From Candidatus Latescibacterota bacterium (GTDB lineage: Bacteria > Latescibacterota > UBA2968 > UBA8231): 64,000 nt of DNA. The stretch's first letter is position 1. Each line of letters starts with the position of its first letter. The stretch covers positions 1,568,001 to 1,632,000 of the forward strand of contig CBDFJF010000002.1 of assembly GCA_965248265.1 (NCBI GenBank). Direction: 5' to 3'. Positions 38,114 through 48,219 of this stretch are shown here, one piece after another. The notes beneath the pieces were generated by a model that worked only from the letters and a program-made list of their open reading frames with translations, did not search any database and was not told where the DNA came from. Both the position numbers and the translations under genes were made by a program.

Positions 38114-38902
38114 ATGAAACTGGGCTTGATGCAGGTCCACCCGGTGGAACCGAGCGAACTGCGGTCACTGGGTTTCGAAGCAATCCAGATGTTCTTCAAG
38201 GGAAATCAGCACGACGATGCCCTCGATCTCGCAACAGAGGAGATCGATGAGACGTTGAAAGCCGGAGACTCGGTGTTGGCGGCGATGACCCTGCACATGG
38301 ATCTGGTGGGGCCGCAGGGAGCGGTACCGGCCGACATCGAACGGGCGGTGCGTTGCGTTGCCAAGACGGCTGCGTTAAAGGGGCGGTTTGGCGACAACGA
38401 GAAGCCTGTGCTGGTTTGGCATCCCTCCAAGTACCCGGAAGACGATGCGACCGACGACCAGGCGGTAGTCGATGGCCTATGTGAAGGACTCGGGGCGATG
38501 TGCTCGGCAGCGGAACAACAAGGAGTCGTGGTCGCCGTCGAGATCACTCGCCCCGGTAGCGTGGGAGGAGCTGAAGCGTTTCTTCGGATCAAGGATCGGG
38601 TCGGCTCTGAGGCGCTGAAGGTGTGTATGGATGCGGCCAACTTTGTTCCCGACCGCACTCCTCTGAAGCGAGCGGTGAGAATGCTGGGTCCGGATATCAC
38701 CATCGCCCATGGCAAGGATTCGCGTTTTGATGAGAACGGAGAGGCCTGTCACTACGGTCCCACAGGCTCTGGCGTGTTGGATTACCAGGAGTATATCGGT
38801 TGCCTGCTGGAATACGCTTCAGTGCCGTACTTCGTGCTTGAGTACTATCAGTCACGTGAGGATTTACTGAAGGCGCGGGATATCGTCCAGCAGTACCTGT
38901 AA
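38114..38902 (+). CDS. Sugar phosphate isomerase/epimerase (xylose isomerase-like TIM barrel)
   Basis: LGFEAIQ, VAVE, CMDAAN, AHGKD, GSGVLDY, VLEY. AGGAG RBS. Confidence 0.88.
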   Translation: MKLGLMQVHPVEPSELRSLGFEAIQMFFKGNQHDDALDLATEEIDETLKAGDSVLAAMTLHMDLVGPQGAVPADIERAVRCVAKTAALKGRFGDNEKPVLVWHPSKYPEDDATDDQAVVDGLCEGLGAMCSAAEQQGVVVAVEITRPGSVGGAEAFLRIKDRVGSEALKVCMDAANFVPDRTPLKRAVRMLGPDITIAHGKDSRFDENGEACHYGPTGSGVLDYQEYIGCLLEYASVPYFVLEYYQSREDLLKARDIVQQYL

Positions 38903-38929
38903 CACAACATCGGCATGCTCGTCTCGGAA

Positions 38930-38999
38930 GCCACCACGTGAGGTAGCGCTCGAAGACCCCGAGGCCTTTGCTTTGATCCCTTGTCTGTTGCTCGTCCAT
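38930..38999 (-). pseudogene. N-terminal stub of an ACR3-type arsenite efflux gene
   Basis: MDEQQTRDQSKGLGVFERYLTW matches the ACR3 N-terminal FERYLTxW motif, then similarity ends. Confidence 0.5.
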
Positions 39000-39077
39000 A
39001 CGCAGTGTGGCTACCTTGCCTTCCCGTAGAACAGGTGTTACGGGAATATTGCAGAGCCTCAATACAGCGCGGAGCAG

Positions 39078-39851
39078 ATGATGCAGGAGCAAAACGCAGA
39101 TCCGTTCAAGCTAGTGGGGCAAGTAGCTCTCATAACCGGTGGCGGCACTGGAATAGGTCTCGGGTGTGCCCAGGCCTTCGTGGCCCAGGGCGCCAAAGTG
39201 GTGATCAGCGGCCGTCGCGAAGATGTTTTGAAGAAGGCGGTGCAGGAACTCGGTCCTCAAGCCGATTTTCGCGTGCATGATGTAACCGATTTTTCCGCTG
39301 CCGACGGCCTGATCGAATCAGTCGAAGAGCAGCATGGTGCACTGACCGCTCTGATCAACAACGCCGGCCACGCGGTCAAAAAACCAACGGTGGAGTTGAG
39401 TGAAGAGGAGATGCTCGGCGTCTTCGACGTTCATGTGCGTGGAGTTTTTTCACTGAGCAAACATGCGGCTACACGCATGATGGAGTCCGGTGGAGGCAGC
39501 ATCCTCTTCATGGCATCGATGGCGTCACTGATCGGCATTCCCTACATCGCCGCGTACGCGGCGGCCAAGTCCGCTCATCTGGGCATGGTGCGGACAATGG
39601 CAGTAGAATGGTCGCCGAAAGGAGTACGCGTTAACGCCATCGCCCCGGGATGGATTCTCACCGATATGACCAGGGAGACGGTGCTCAAAGACGCCGAACG
39701 GGAAAAAAAGATTCTAGCCCGCACACCGATGGATGAGTTTGGCGAACCAGAAGACATCGGCTGGGCAGCGGCGTTCCTGGCCTCTCCGGCCGCCCGATTC
39801 ATCACCGGTGTTTGTCTTCCGGTCGATGGCGGGGTTTCGATCGGGTTCTGA
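39078..39851 (+). CDS. SDR oxidoreductase (gluconate 5-dehydrogenase-like)
   Basis: TGGGTGIG, INNAG, YAAAK, VNAIAPGW, RTPM. Confidence 0.92.
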   Translation: MMQEQNADPFKLVGQVALITGGGTGIGLGCAQAFVAQGAKVVISGRREDVLKKAVQELGPQADFRVHDVTDFSAADGLIESVEEQHGALTALINNAGHAVKKPTVELSEEEMLGVFDVHVRGVFSLSKHAATRMMESGGGSILFMASMASLIGIPYIAAYAAAKSAHLGMVRTMAVEWSPKGVRVNAIAPGWILTDMTRETVLKDAEREKKILARTPMDEFGEPEDIGWAAAFLASPAARFITGVCLPVDGGVSIGF

Positions 39852-39852
39852 T

Positions 39853-40749
39853 ATGTTCGAGGGCTTTGAACGCAAAACGGTGGCGGTAAATGAGGTAGCA
39901 ATCAACCTGGTGCACGGCGGCAGCGGTCCTCCTTTGTTGCTGCTGCACGGATACCCGCAGACACATGTCGAGTGGCACAAGATGGCTCCGGAGTTGGCCA
40001 GGCAATTCAGCGTCGTCGTGCCGGATCTGCGCGGCTATGGCGACAGCTCCAAGCCACCCGCTGCCGACGGCGATCTCAGCGTCTACTGCAAACGCACGAC
40101 CGCGCGGGATCAGGTCGAGGTTATGGCTGAACTCGGCTTCGACTCCTTCCATGTCGTCGGGCACGATCGCGGCGTCAGGGTCGGCCAACGCATGGCACTG
40201 GATCATGGCGATTGTGTCAAAAGTCTTACCTCACTCGATGTGGTACCCTCCCAGGCGGCCTTTGAAAGCATGGACAGTCAACTGGCGTTCTCATGGTTTC
40301 ACTGGCATCTGATGCGACAACCGTCGCCGCTGCCGGAGACGATGATCGGCAACAGTGTCGAGATGTACCTGGATTTTCTGTTGGAGACCTGGTGCTCCAC
40401 TGAGGGTGCGATTACGGATGAAGCGCACGCCGAGTACCTGCGCTGTTTCAGGGATCCGGAAACAATTCGTGCCAGCTGTCTTGATTACCGCGGCGTGGAA
40501 CTCGATCTGCAGCATGATGAGGTCGATCGGGGACGCAAGCTGGATTGTCCGGTGCTTGTGCTATGGGGTGGGGTCATGCCCAAGAGGCCCGGCTGGCAGA
40601 CGGGAAGGAGCCTGGACATGCTTGAAGTGTGGCGGGAGCGGGCTCATGACGTGCGTGGGAAGACCTTGAACTGCGGGCACTTCCTGCCGGAGGAGAGGCC
40701 AAAGGAGACAACGGCGGAGATTCTCGGGTTCTTGCGGGAGATAGATTGA
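39853..40749 (+). CDS. Alpha/beta hydrolase, haloacetate (fluoroacetate) dehalogenase-like
   Basis: LHGYPQTH, DLRGYGDS, GHDRG (Asp nucleophile plus Arg), FHWH, DYR, GHFLPEE. Confidence 0.85.
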   Translation: MFEGFERKTVAVNEVAINLVHGGSGPPLLLLHGYPQTHVEWHKMAPELARQFSVVVPDLRGYGDSSKPPAADGDLSVYCKRTTARDQVEVMAELGFDSFHVVGHDRGVRVGQRMALDHGDCVKSLTSLDVVPSQAAFESMDSQLAFSWFHWHLMRQPSPLPETMIGNSVEMYLDFLLETWCSTEGAITDEAHAEYLRCFRDPETIRASCLDYRGVELDLQHDEVDRGRKLDCPVLVLWGGVMPKRPGWQTGRSLDMLEVWRERAHDVRGKTLNCGHFLPEERPKETTAEILGFLREID

Positions 40750-40784
40750 GGCAAGGGAACGATGAATCCGATCAACAGCTGCCG

Positions 40785-41270
40785 ATGACTGACTCAGAGC
40801 AACCTTTGCCCGGGATCCCGGATGGAGATGTCCACAGGTCTTCCATGTGGGGGCTCGATCCGGACTGGACTCTCCTCTTTATCGGCTGGCTCATTGCCTG
40901 CGCATCGACCCTGGGAAGTCTGTTCTTCAGCCACGTCATGGAATTCGCCCCATGCGTTTTGTGTTGGTACCAGCGGATATGTCTGTTCCCGCTGGTCATC
41001 ATCCTTGCGCGTGGACTCTTTCCGCTCGACCAGGGTGTCGTCAAATACGCCTTGCCATTGACGGCCGTTGGCTGGTTACTGGCAGCCTATCACTGCCTGA
41101 TCTACGCGAAGTTGATCCCGGCCAGCATGCAGCCCTGCGGCAAGGGTGTATCATGCACAGAGGAGTACCTGGAACTGTTCGGGTTCCTGTCGATCCCGTT
41201 GCTTTCCCTGATTTCATTCACCACGCTCATGGTCATCCTGATCATCCTACGGAGGAGAAGTCTCGAATGA
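40785..41270 (+). CDS. Disulfide bond formation protein B (DsbB/BdbC family)
   Basis: GSLFFS, PCVLCWYQRI, second Cys pair PCGKGVSC, four TM helices. Start uncertain. Confidence 0.9.
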   Translation: MTDSEQPLPGIPDGDVHRSSMWGLDPDWTLLFIGWLIACASTLGSLFFSHVMEFAPCVLCWYQRICLFPLVIILARGLFPLDQGVVKYALPLTAVGWLLAAYHCLIYAKLIPASMQPCGKGVSCTEEYLELFGFLSIPLLSLISFTTLMVILIILRRRSLE

Positions 41271-41917
41271 AGCGCATCCTGTTTGCCGCAACTGGCCTTG
41301 TCCTGATCGCGGGTTTCTTTCTTGGCGCCTCGTACTACAAGACATGGCGGGCAGCAGAACTCGGCTTCATGGCTCAGTGGCAGGCCTCGACCTTCGTTCG
41401 GCCTCATTCGCCCACGCTCGGGAGTGACGACGCCAAGGTCTACATCGTCAAATTCACGGATCCCGCGTGCGAGACTTGTGCGTCTTTTTCGCCGCTCATG
41501 AAGCAGGCTATGGACGCCTTTCCGGGCCAGATCAAACTCGTCATCCGCTATGCCCCCTTCCATCAGGGAGCCGACGTGGCCGTCCGCATCCTGGAAGCGG
41601 CGAGGAGGCAGGGCAAATTCTGGGAAACCCTGGAGTTGCTCTATCGGCGACAGGACACCTGGACTCGGCACCACCGTGTACTGCCTGGTGAAATCTGGCC
41701 GTTGCTGCCCGAGGTGGGCCTCGACGTCGAGCGTGTGAAAATAGATGTGAAGGATCCGAGCATCGCAGCGGTTATCGAGCAGGATCTAGCCGACGCCAAG
41801 TCGTTGGGCGTCCGCAAGACGCCGGGTTTCTTCGTCAACGGCAAACCACTCGAGCCCTTCGGGACCCGGCCCCTGGTGGCATTGATCAAGGCCGAGATCC
41901 AGGACAGGTATCCTTAG
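41267..41917 (+). CDS. DsbA/BdbD family thiol-disulfide oxidoreductase
   Basis: N-terminal anchor, FTDPACETC, RYAPFH, GVRKTPGFFVNG. ATGA overlap with the DsbB-family gene. Confidence 0.9.
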   Translation: MKRILFAATGLVLIAGFFLGASYYKTWRAAELGFMAQWQASTFVRPHSPTLGSDDAKVYIVKFTDPACETCASFSPLMKQAMDAFPGQIKLVIRYAPFHQGADVAVRILEAARRQGKFWETLELLYRRQDTWTRHHRVLPGEIWPLLPEVGLDVERVKIDVKDPSIAAVIEQDLADAKSLGVRKTPGFFVNGKPLEPFGTRPLVALIKAEIQDRYP

Positions 41918-41948
41918 AGCCCGCGCCGGGACCTTCTATACCGGCCGC

Positions 41949-44600
41949 TTATCTTCCCTCATCCCGAATCTTCTGCTCCCGGGCGGCGATGAGCTCGAGG
42001 GCCTGATCCAGGGTAACGTCTTCGGGCTCACGCCCCTTGGGGATCGTGGCGTTGACATTACCATCGGTCACGTAGGGGCCATAGCGGCCACTCTTGACCT
42101 GAATCAGCGCCTCGGACTTCGGGTGTTTGCCGAGTTCAGCAAGCACCTTCCCGGAGCGGCCGCGACCGCGTCCGCTGGGTTGCTTGAGGAGTTCGACAGC
42201 CTCTTCGACCGTGATGGAGGCGAGCTTGCCGTGATCGGCTAGACTGCGGCTCTCATTGCCCATCTTCACATACGGTCCGTAGCGGCCATCCAGGGCGGTG
42301 ATCATCTCTCCTGTGGCCGGGTGAGGACCGAGTTCTCTAGGAAAGCTCAGCAGCATGAGGGCATCCTCCATCGTCACCGACGCCACCGACATGTCCGGCC
42401 ACAGACTGGCCATCTGTGGCTTGCCGCCGCGCTTGACGTTGCCCTTCGGAGTCAACTCCGGATCGCCGCGCTGCACGTAAGGACCGAACCGACCGGTCTT
42501 GACGTAGATCGGTTTGCCCGTTTCGGGATCGTGGCCCAGTTCCTTGTCTCCCTGTTCTGCTTCCTTCAGCAGCTGCAGCGCTCGCTCTACCGTCAACTCG
42601 TCGGGAGCGATATCGTCCGGGACGCTGGCACGCAGGTCCTGATCTCCGATCTGCACGTAGGGTCCGTAGCGGCCCACGCGGCAGACGATCTCCTCGCCTT
42701 CGGCGGTGTGTCCCAGCGGAATGGCACAGATCGCGCGCGGATCAATTTCGTCGGCATGGGAGCCGATGAGATCCTTCAGACCTACCTCGGCGAGGTGGTC
42801 GCCCTCTCCGCCGGGTTTCTTGCCGAAGTAGAAATCGTGCAACCATGGAATCGGGTCCGCCTCGCCCCGGGAGATGGAGTCCAGGCCGTCCTCCATGCGG
42901 GCGGTAAAACCGAAATCCACGAGGTCAGGGAGATGCTTTTCGAGCAGATTGACGACAGCAAAGGCGGTGAAGGTCGGCACCAGAGCCGTACCCTTGTGAC
43001 CCACATAGCCGCGGTCCTGAATAGTCTGGATGATGGTCGCATACGTGGACGGGCGGCCTATCCCACGCTCTTCCAGCTCGCGAATAAGGCCTGCTTCAGT
43101 GTAGCGACCCTTGGGCTGGGTGAAGTGCTGCTGCGACTCGATGCGTTCGGCCGCCACCTCCTGACCCTGTTTCACCGGTGGCAGGACCTTCTCCTGATCG
43201 TCGAGAGCAGCCGCGGGGTCGTCACTCCCCTCCACGTAGGCTCGCAGGAAGCCGGGGAAGGTGATGACCTTGCCGGAAGTGGAGAACACGGCGTCGCCCC
43301 GCTCACCGGCCGGGGCGCTGATGCGGACGTTCGTTCGCATGCCAGTGGCGTCCTTCATCTGCGAAGCGACGGTACGCTTCCAGATCAACTCGTAGACGCG
43401 CAGCTGATCGCCATCCAGCTGGTTGCTGACCTGTTTCGGCGTGCGGAAGCTCTCGCCGGCAGGTCGGATGGCCTCGTGGGCCTCCTGCGCGTTCTTGGAA
43501 CGGCTGCGGTATACCCGCGGCTCGTCCGGTAAATACTCCACGCCATAGAGATCTTTCACCTGCGCCCGGGCGGCGTTGAGGGCCTGCGTCGACAGGGTCG
43601 TCGAGTCGGTCCTCATGTAGGTGATGAAGCCGTTCTCGTACAAGCTCTGGGCAAGGCGCATGGTGCGTTGCGCCGTGAAACGAAGCTTGCGTCCCGCTTC
43701 CTGCTGCAGGGTAGAGGTGATGAAAGGGGCGTAAGGCTTGTTGGTGAACGGTTTCTCTGTCACCTGGGTGACGGTGAAGGTCTGGGCGTCAAGCGTTTCG
43801 GCCAGCTCGGCGACGTCGTCCGCGCGCAGGTGAACGACGGCGTCTGCGTCTTCGAGTTGTCCCGTGGTGTCGACGAAGTGCCTTCCCGCAGCCACCGGCA
43901 GCTCTCCAAGCTCGATCAGGCTGGCGGTCAGGCCCCCGTCCTCCTGGGTCTTGAAGTCGGCCTCCAGGTCCCAGTACTCAGCCTGCACGAAGCGCATGCG
44001 GATGCGCTCGCGCTCGACAACCAGGCGGGTGGCCACCGATTGGACGCGACCGGCGGAGAGCTTGGGTTTGACCTTACGCCACAGTACCGGCGAAACCTCG
44101 TAGCCGTAGAGTCGATCGAGGATGCGCCGCGATTCCTGGGCGCTGACCAGTCGCTGGTCGATGTCCCGTGTCGACTCGAGCGCGGCTTGAATGGCAGGCT
44201 TGGTGATCTCATCGAAGACCATACGACGGACCGGCACCTTGGGTTTGAGCACCTCGACCAGGTGCCAAGAGATGGCCTCTCCCTCGCGGTCTTCGTCGCT
44301 GGCGAGGTAGAGGGCGTCGGCTCCCTTGAGGAGTTTGCGGAGTTTCGTGATCTGCGCCTGCTTCCCGGATGGGACAACGTAGAGCGGAGTAAAGCCGTCG
44401 TCGACGTTCACCCCGAGACGAGCCCAGGGCTTGTTGCTGGCGGCGGCGGGGATCTCGCCCGCCCTGGAGGGCAGATCGCGAATGTGCCCGATCGAGGACT
44501 CGACGACGTAGCCCTTTCCAAGGTAGCTCTCGATCGTACGGGCTTTGGCCGGGGATTCAACGATTACTAATGAGTAGTTCTTGTCGGCGGTCTTAGCCAT
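41949..44600 (-). CDS. topA: DNA topoisomerase I (type IA) with C-terminal GRxGPYV repeats, no Zn ribbons
   Basis: IVESPAKA, GHIRDLP, DEDREGEAI, SAGRVQS, ITYMRTDS (catalytic Tyr), GIGRPSTY, four GR(Y/F)GPYV repeats. Confidence 0.97.
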   Translation of the reverse strand: MAKTADKNYSLVIVESPAKARTIESYLGKGYVVESSIGHIRDLPSRAGEIPAAASNKPWARLGVNVDDGFTPLYVVPSGKQAQITKLRKLLKGADALYLASDEDREGEAISWHLVEVLKPKVPVRRMVFDEITKPAIQAALESTRDIDQRLVSAQESRRILDRLYGYEVSPVLWRKVKPKLSAGRVQSVATRLVVERERIRMRFVQAEYWDLEADFKTQEDGGLTASLIELGELPVAAGRHFVDTTGQLEDADAVVHLRADDVAELAETLDAQTFTVTQVTEKPFTNKPYAPFITSTLQQEAGRKLRFTAQRTMRLAQSLYENGFITYMRTDSTTLSTQALNAARAQVKDLYGVEYLPDEPRVYRSRSKNAQEAHEAIRPAGESFRTPKQVSNQLDGDQLRVYELIWKRTVASQMKDATGMRTNVRISAPAGERGDAVFSTSGKVITFPGFLRAYVEGSDDPAAALDDQEKVLPPVKQGQEVAAERIESQQHFTQPKGRYTEAGLIRELEERGIGRPSTYATIIQTIQDRGYVGHKGTALVPTFTAFAVVNLLEKHLPDLVDFGFTARMEDGLDSISRGEADPIPWLHDFYFGKKPGGEGDHLAEVGLKDLIGSHADEIDPRAICAIPLGHTAEGEEIVCRVGRYGPYVQIGDQDLRASVPDDIAPDELTVERALQLLKEAEQGDKELGHDPETGKPIYVKTGRFGPYVQRGDPELTPKGNVKRGGKPQMASLWPDMSVASVTMEDALMLLSFPRELGPHPATGEMITALDGRYGPYVKMGNESRSLADHGKLASITVEEAVELLKQPSGRGRGRSGKVLAELGKHPKSEALIQVKSGRYGPYVTDGNVNATIPKGREPEDVTLDQALELIAAREQKIRDEGR

Positions 44601-44638
44601 GTATCAATTGCCTTCAGCTTGATTATGGGCGACGCAAC

Positions 44639-45655
44639 TCAGACACGCTGGCTGTTGTTCGCTGCCCTGATGATTCCGGCCATGAACCCGACGGCAAAGG
44701 CGTACCCCTGGAACTGCGGGCCGGTATCATTGATGGTGCGGGGCAAGTGGGCTACCGCCAGGAAGGAGTCCACTCCGACTTCATTGAAGGTGCGGACGAC
44801 GTCGAAGAAGTCGCAGTCGGCCTCGTCGAGAAAACACTCGTTGAATCGGGGCACCGTTCCCTGGACCCCTTGAGCGTGGCCGTATAGGATCTGGTCGCGC
44901 TCGCCGAACTGCCGGATCGAAGCCGGGATATCGGTCCCCATGGCGGTCCAGTTACCCAGACACAGATTCACCGCACTCGCCGGGCTGTCAGCCAGGTCCA
45001 GGGCGCGCTGGAATCCCTCCGGGTTGTGGAAGATTCGCGCCACTCCACCGACGCTCGGAGTCGGCGGATCGTCGGGGTGAAGCCCCATGCGCACGCCGGA
45101 TTCCTCGAGGACCGGCACCACGGCGCGCACGAAGTATTCGTAGTTCTCCCACATCTCCTCGGCGCCGTACTCCCGGTCGCGAAACAGGGGGGCCTTGTCT
45201 ACGTCCGCCATGTCGAGGAGGTCGCTCTGCGCACCACCTCTGGACGGATAGCTCGTGGAGGTTCGTGTGGAAAACCGCTGCACTCCCGGGCCGACCATCC
45301 AGTTGTATCCGTAATAGGGAATGCCGGCGCGCCCCATGTTGCGAATGGTCGTGAACAGATTCTCCAGCTGCTGTTCCCGTCCCGGCAGACCCAGCATTAC
45401 GTGATCGAAACACCAGCTCGGGTGGGGATTTTCCATGCTGGCCAACCTCATGCCAAATGCTTCAACGCGCTCGCGCAGCTGCAACAATTCGGAGTAGTCC
45501 CAGTAACACCCCGTCTGATCCTCGACGTCCGGCGGAAACTTGCTTTTGAAGTCGTGAATGCTGTTAAACCCGCCGACTATGTCGGTAACCCCGTACTGCT
45601 GTAGGAATTGGAGAAAATCGTCGCCGACGTCACTTATGATGACTCCCACTCGCAT
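44639..45655 (-). CDS. Mannonate dehydratase (UxuA)-like protein, divergent
   Basis: IRNMGRAGIPYYGYNWM, MWENYEYF, LHPDDPP, LCLGNW. Confidence 0.85.
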   Translation of the reverse strand: MRVGVIISDVGDDFLQFLQQYGVTDIVGGFNSIHDFKSKFPPDVEDQTGCYWDYSELLQLRERVEAFGMRLASMENPHPSWCFDHVMLGLPGREQQLENLFTTIRNMGRAGIPYYGYNWMVGPGVQRFSTRTSTSYPSRGGAQSDLLDMADVDKAPLFRDREYGAEEMWENYEYFVRAVVPVLEESGVRMGLHPDDPPTPSVGGVARIFHNPEGFQRALDLADSPASAVNLCLGNWTAMGTDIPASIRQFGERDQILYGHAQGVQGTVPRFNECFLDEADCDFFDVVRTFNEVGVDSFLAVAHLPRTINDTGPQFQGYAFAVGFMAGIIRAANNSQRV

Positions 45656-45853
45656 GGTTTATTGTCCCTTCGTTCGTGAAAACGCCCTGCCAAGGCTCAG
45701 CGGCGAAGTAGCATCTATATTCTCCGTGAACGGATTCCCGCGACAGCGGGTTCAGATCTGGGGTCTGCAAACAGTAGCCAACCACCACAGTCCGGGCAAA
45801 AGGCAGACAATCGCAGGGCCTCGTGTAAGGGAACTGCGCATAAGAGGATTACC

Positions 45854-46720
45854 ATGACGACCAGACCAATCAAACCCGGCGAGCAGTTCAGCGAGGCAAG
45901 AACCCGGGAAATCGTCGAACAGTTGCATCGTGATGGTTTCGTGCACATTCCCGGGGTGCTGACAGCGGACGAGGTTTCCGTCTTGCGCGACAAAACCGAC
46001 GAGCTATTTGCCGATCCTGTCCTTGCCGAACGAGTGAATCTCGAGCTCGCCGACAGGAGATACATCGAGCTGAGGGAACATGAGGAATCGGGGGAGAAAC
46101 TCCCGCTCCTTTTGAGAAATACGATCGAGCTCGATCCGATCTTCAGGGATATGCTGCTGCGGGAGCCGATCTTCGGCCTGGCTGAAGCGGTGGTGGGAGA
46201 AGACTGTAAGTTCTGCGGTCAAAATGTCATCCGGAATCTTCCGGGAGTGACTATTAACCGATGGCACGTTGATGGGCCGGTTCATTTTCCATTGCCGGAG
46301 AACGTCCCACGGCACGATCCGCGGATTCGGATGCCAGTCTTGTGGCTGACTGTCCAGATCGCGCTGTCTGACACCCCGTCAATCGAGTACGGCCCGACAC
46401 AGTACGTCCCTGGTAGTCATTGTGCCGGGCGTGTGCCCAACGATCCGGACCACCCGGAGTTCGAGGGGCGAGGGCCCACTTCAGTTTTCTGCAAAGCAGG
46501 CGACATCTATTTGCACGACCCCCAGTGCTGGCACCGGGGCGCTCCAAACCGATCCGACCGTACTCGCTATCTCATGCAAACGGAGTATGCAGCCCCGTGG
46601 GCATGGTGGCGGTTCAACCTGTCCAATCGTGTTCCCGTCCCCGACAAGGCGCTCGAGACCGCGAGTGAACGGCTGCTGCGCGTATTGGGTCTGAATCGCG
46701 CGAACGACAAGGAGAGGTGA
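45854..46720 (+). CDS. Phytanoyl-CoA dioxygenase family protein
   Basis: WHVD, GPTQYVPGSH, QCWHRGAPNRSDRTR. Confidence 0.92.
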   Translation: MTTRPIKPGEQFSEARTREIVEQLHRDGFVHIPGVLTADEVSVLRDKTDELFADPVLAERVNLELADRRYIELREHEESGEKLPLLLRNTIELDPIFRDMLLREPIFGLAEAVVGEDCKFCGQNVIRNLPGVTINRWHVDGPVHFPLPENVPRHDPRIRMPVLWLTVQIALSDTPSIEYGPTQYVPGSHCAGRVPNDPDHPEFEGRGPTSVFCKAGDIYLHDPQCWHRGAPNRSDRTRYLMQTEYAAPWAWWRFNLSNRVPVPDKALETASERLLRVLGLNRANDKER

Positions 46721-46758
46721 GAGTCAAGCTGGAAACTGAGCGCCGAGGCAGCGTTGCT

Positions 46759-47571
46759 CTATCCGGGAGACCCCACCTCGGTCGATCGTGAGTGCTCAGG
46801 GAAATCCGCTTCGTAGCGCTTGAGCAACGCCGGGATATCCGAGGCTGTCACGTAGATCCTTCCGCGCAGTCGCTTGGTCTGGGCGGGCTGAAGATCGTCG
46901 ATCCTGAAGTCCGAGTGCAGACAGGCGATGATCCCCTGGAACAGATTCTGGTAGGGTTGCCAGGCGGCCGCCATCACCAGCTTCTCATCCTTGGAGAAAC
47001 ACCCGATCAGTCCGTTGCTGGGGACCAGGTCGCTCAACGGGTGCGGCTCGACATCGCGGCGATCGACGTGCGCCGGACACCACACCTGGCCGGGCATCTC
47101 GATCGCCTCCACGGCCCAGGGCTCGACGGGTAGCCGGCGCAACTCGCCATCCAGGAATATGAAGCACTTTGGCAGGTAGGAGTGCTTGTCGGCACCCGTG
47201 AAGGCATCGACGATGATGCATGGCGCGCCCCAGGCCACGTCCGACGGCTGCTCGCCGTGATTGGTCGCGGTCACGTCGAATTCGACGACATCGCCATTTA
47301 CCGTGATCCGGTGCTCGACGACGACCCCGTCTTCCAGTTCGCAACGCAGTTCCAGCCACCGGCCGTCGGGATCGGCAGCCACCAGAGCCGTCGTGTGGCG
47401 GGTGACCGCTTCGGGGAAACTGGCATGTGAGCCGGGGCGCATGTAGAGCTCTACATACCACACGCGGATGCAGCCCGGCAGACCGTCACCGTTGATGACG
47501 ACGTGGCCGATGCGCTCTCCCGGAGTCCAGGACAGGTGAAGGGTATGTTCGTTCGTCATTGTGCTGACCAT
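46759..47571 (-). CDS. Conserved hypothetical protein (possible galactose-mutarotase-like beta-sandwich)
   Basis: ELYMRPGS, DGVVVEHRI, YLPKCFIF, PGQVWCP, PSNGLIGCFS, CLHSDFRI...RGRIY. Confidence 0.75.
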   Translation of the reverse strand: MVSTMTNEHTLHLSWTPGERIGHVVINGDGLPGCIRVWYVELYMRPGSHASFPEAVTRHTTALVAADPDGRWLELRCELEDGVVVEHRITVNGDVVEFDVTATNHGEQPSDVAWGAPCIIVDAFTGADKHSYLPKCFIFLDGELRRLPVEPWAVEAIEMPGQVWCPAHVDRRDVEPHPLSDLVPSNGLIGCFSKDEKLVMAAAWQPYQNLFQGIIACLHSDFRIDDLQPAQTKRLRGRIYVTASDIPALLKRYEADFPEHSRSTEVGSPG

Positions 47572-48112
47572 TCCATGTCGATTCCGGCAAGATAGCAGGA
47601 TCTACGCCTGTTGCACAGGTCGTGGGACGGGACGAACTCGCCGTCCCGGGCAAAGCGGATCTTGCTGAGCCTTGAGTACGACTGCCGCACATTGGTGCCG
47701 CGACAGACACTTCCCCGGTTTCATGCTGTCGCACTGTGACGGACGGTGATTGGTGCCATGCGAGCCTGCGGCTTGCCTTCGCCAAACGCCGTCCGGCGAA
47801 GCCCAGAGCCCGCCAGATTGGCCGTCTTCGATCAACACTGCCGGAAGCGCCGTGCGACTCGCCCTCCGCACAGCACGAATATCGTCTGAAAAAATTGCCC
47901 GCAGTGACAATCGCGTCTCACCACCAGGCCGTTGTATCAAAACCATTCTCAGACAGAAGGGTATTTGCGATGGCAATCACGAACGGATGCCCACGCGTTG
48001 ACAGTACTTTAGTAAAGTGTGCTAACCAATGTTGCCAACTCAAAGCGCGGCACAATCGGACTATTGTGTTCAACCTGTTGCAGTCGAAACAGTTACGGAC
48101 ACTACGAAAAAG

Positions 48113-48128
48113 GGGCACAGAGCTTGCT
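48113..48128 (+). promoter_or_regulatory. Sigma54 (-24/-12) promoter candidate
   Basis: GGCACAGAGCTTGCT is GG-N10-GC with GGCAC and TTGC cores, about 90 nt upstream of the kinase start. Confidence 0.6.
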
Positions 48129-48219
48129 ATCTCCGTGGTGAACACCTACTCCTTCGACGGAACGGCAGTCTCGGACAAAAGCTGCCCCCTGAAGCAGCCA
48201 TCATAATTAGGAGCACGAC

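Noticed and set aside
47600-47960. Hairpin GGGACGG/CCGTCCC and surrounding ORFs as a riboswitch, ncRNA or small gene
   Set aside because: No recognisable riboswitch consensus, and the ORFs lack an RBS and motifs.
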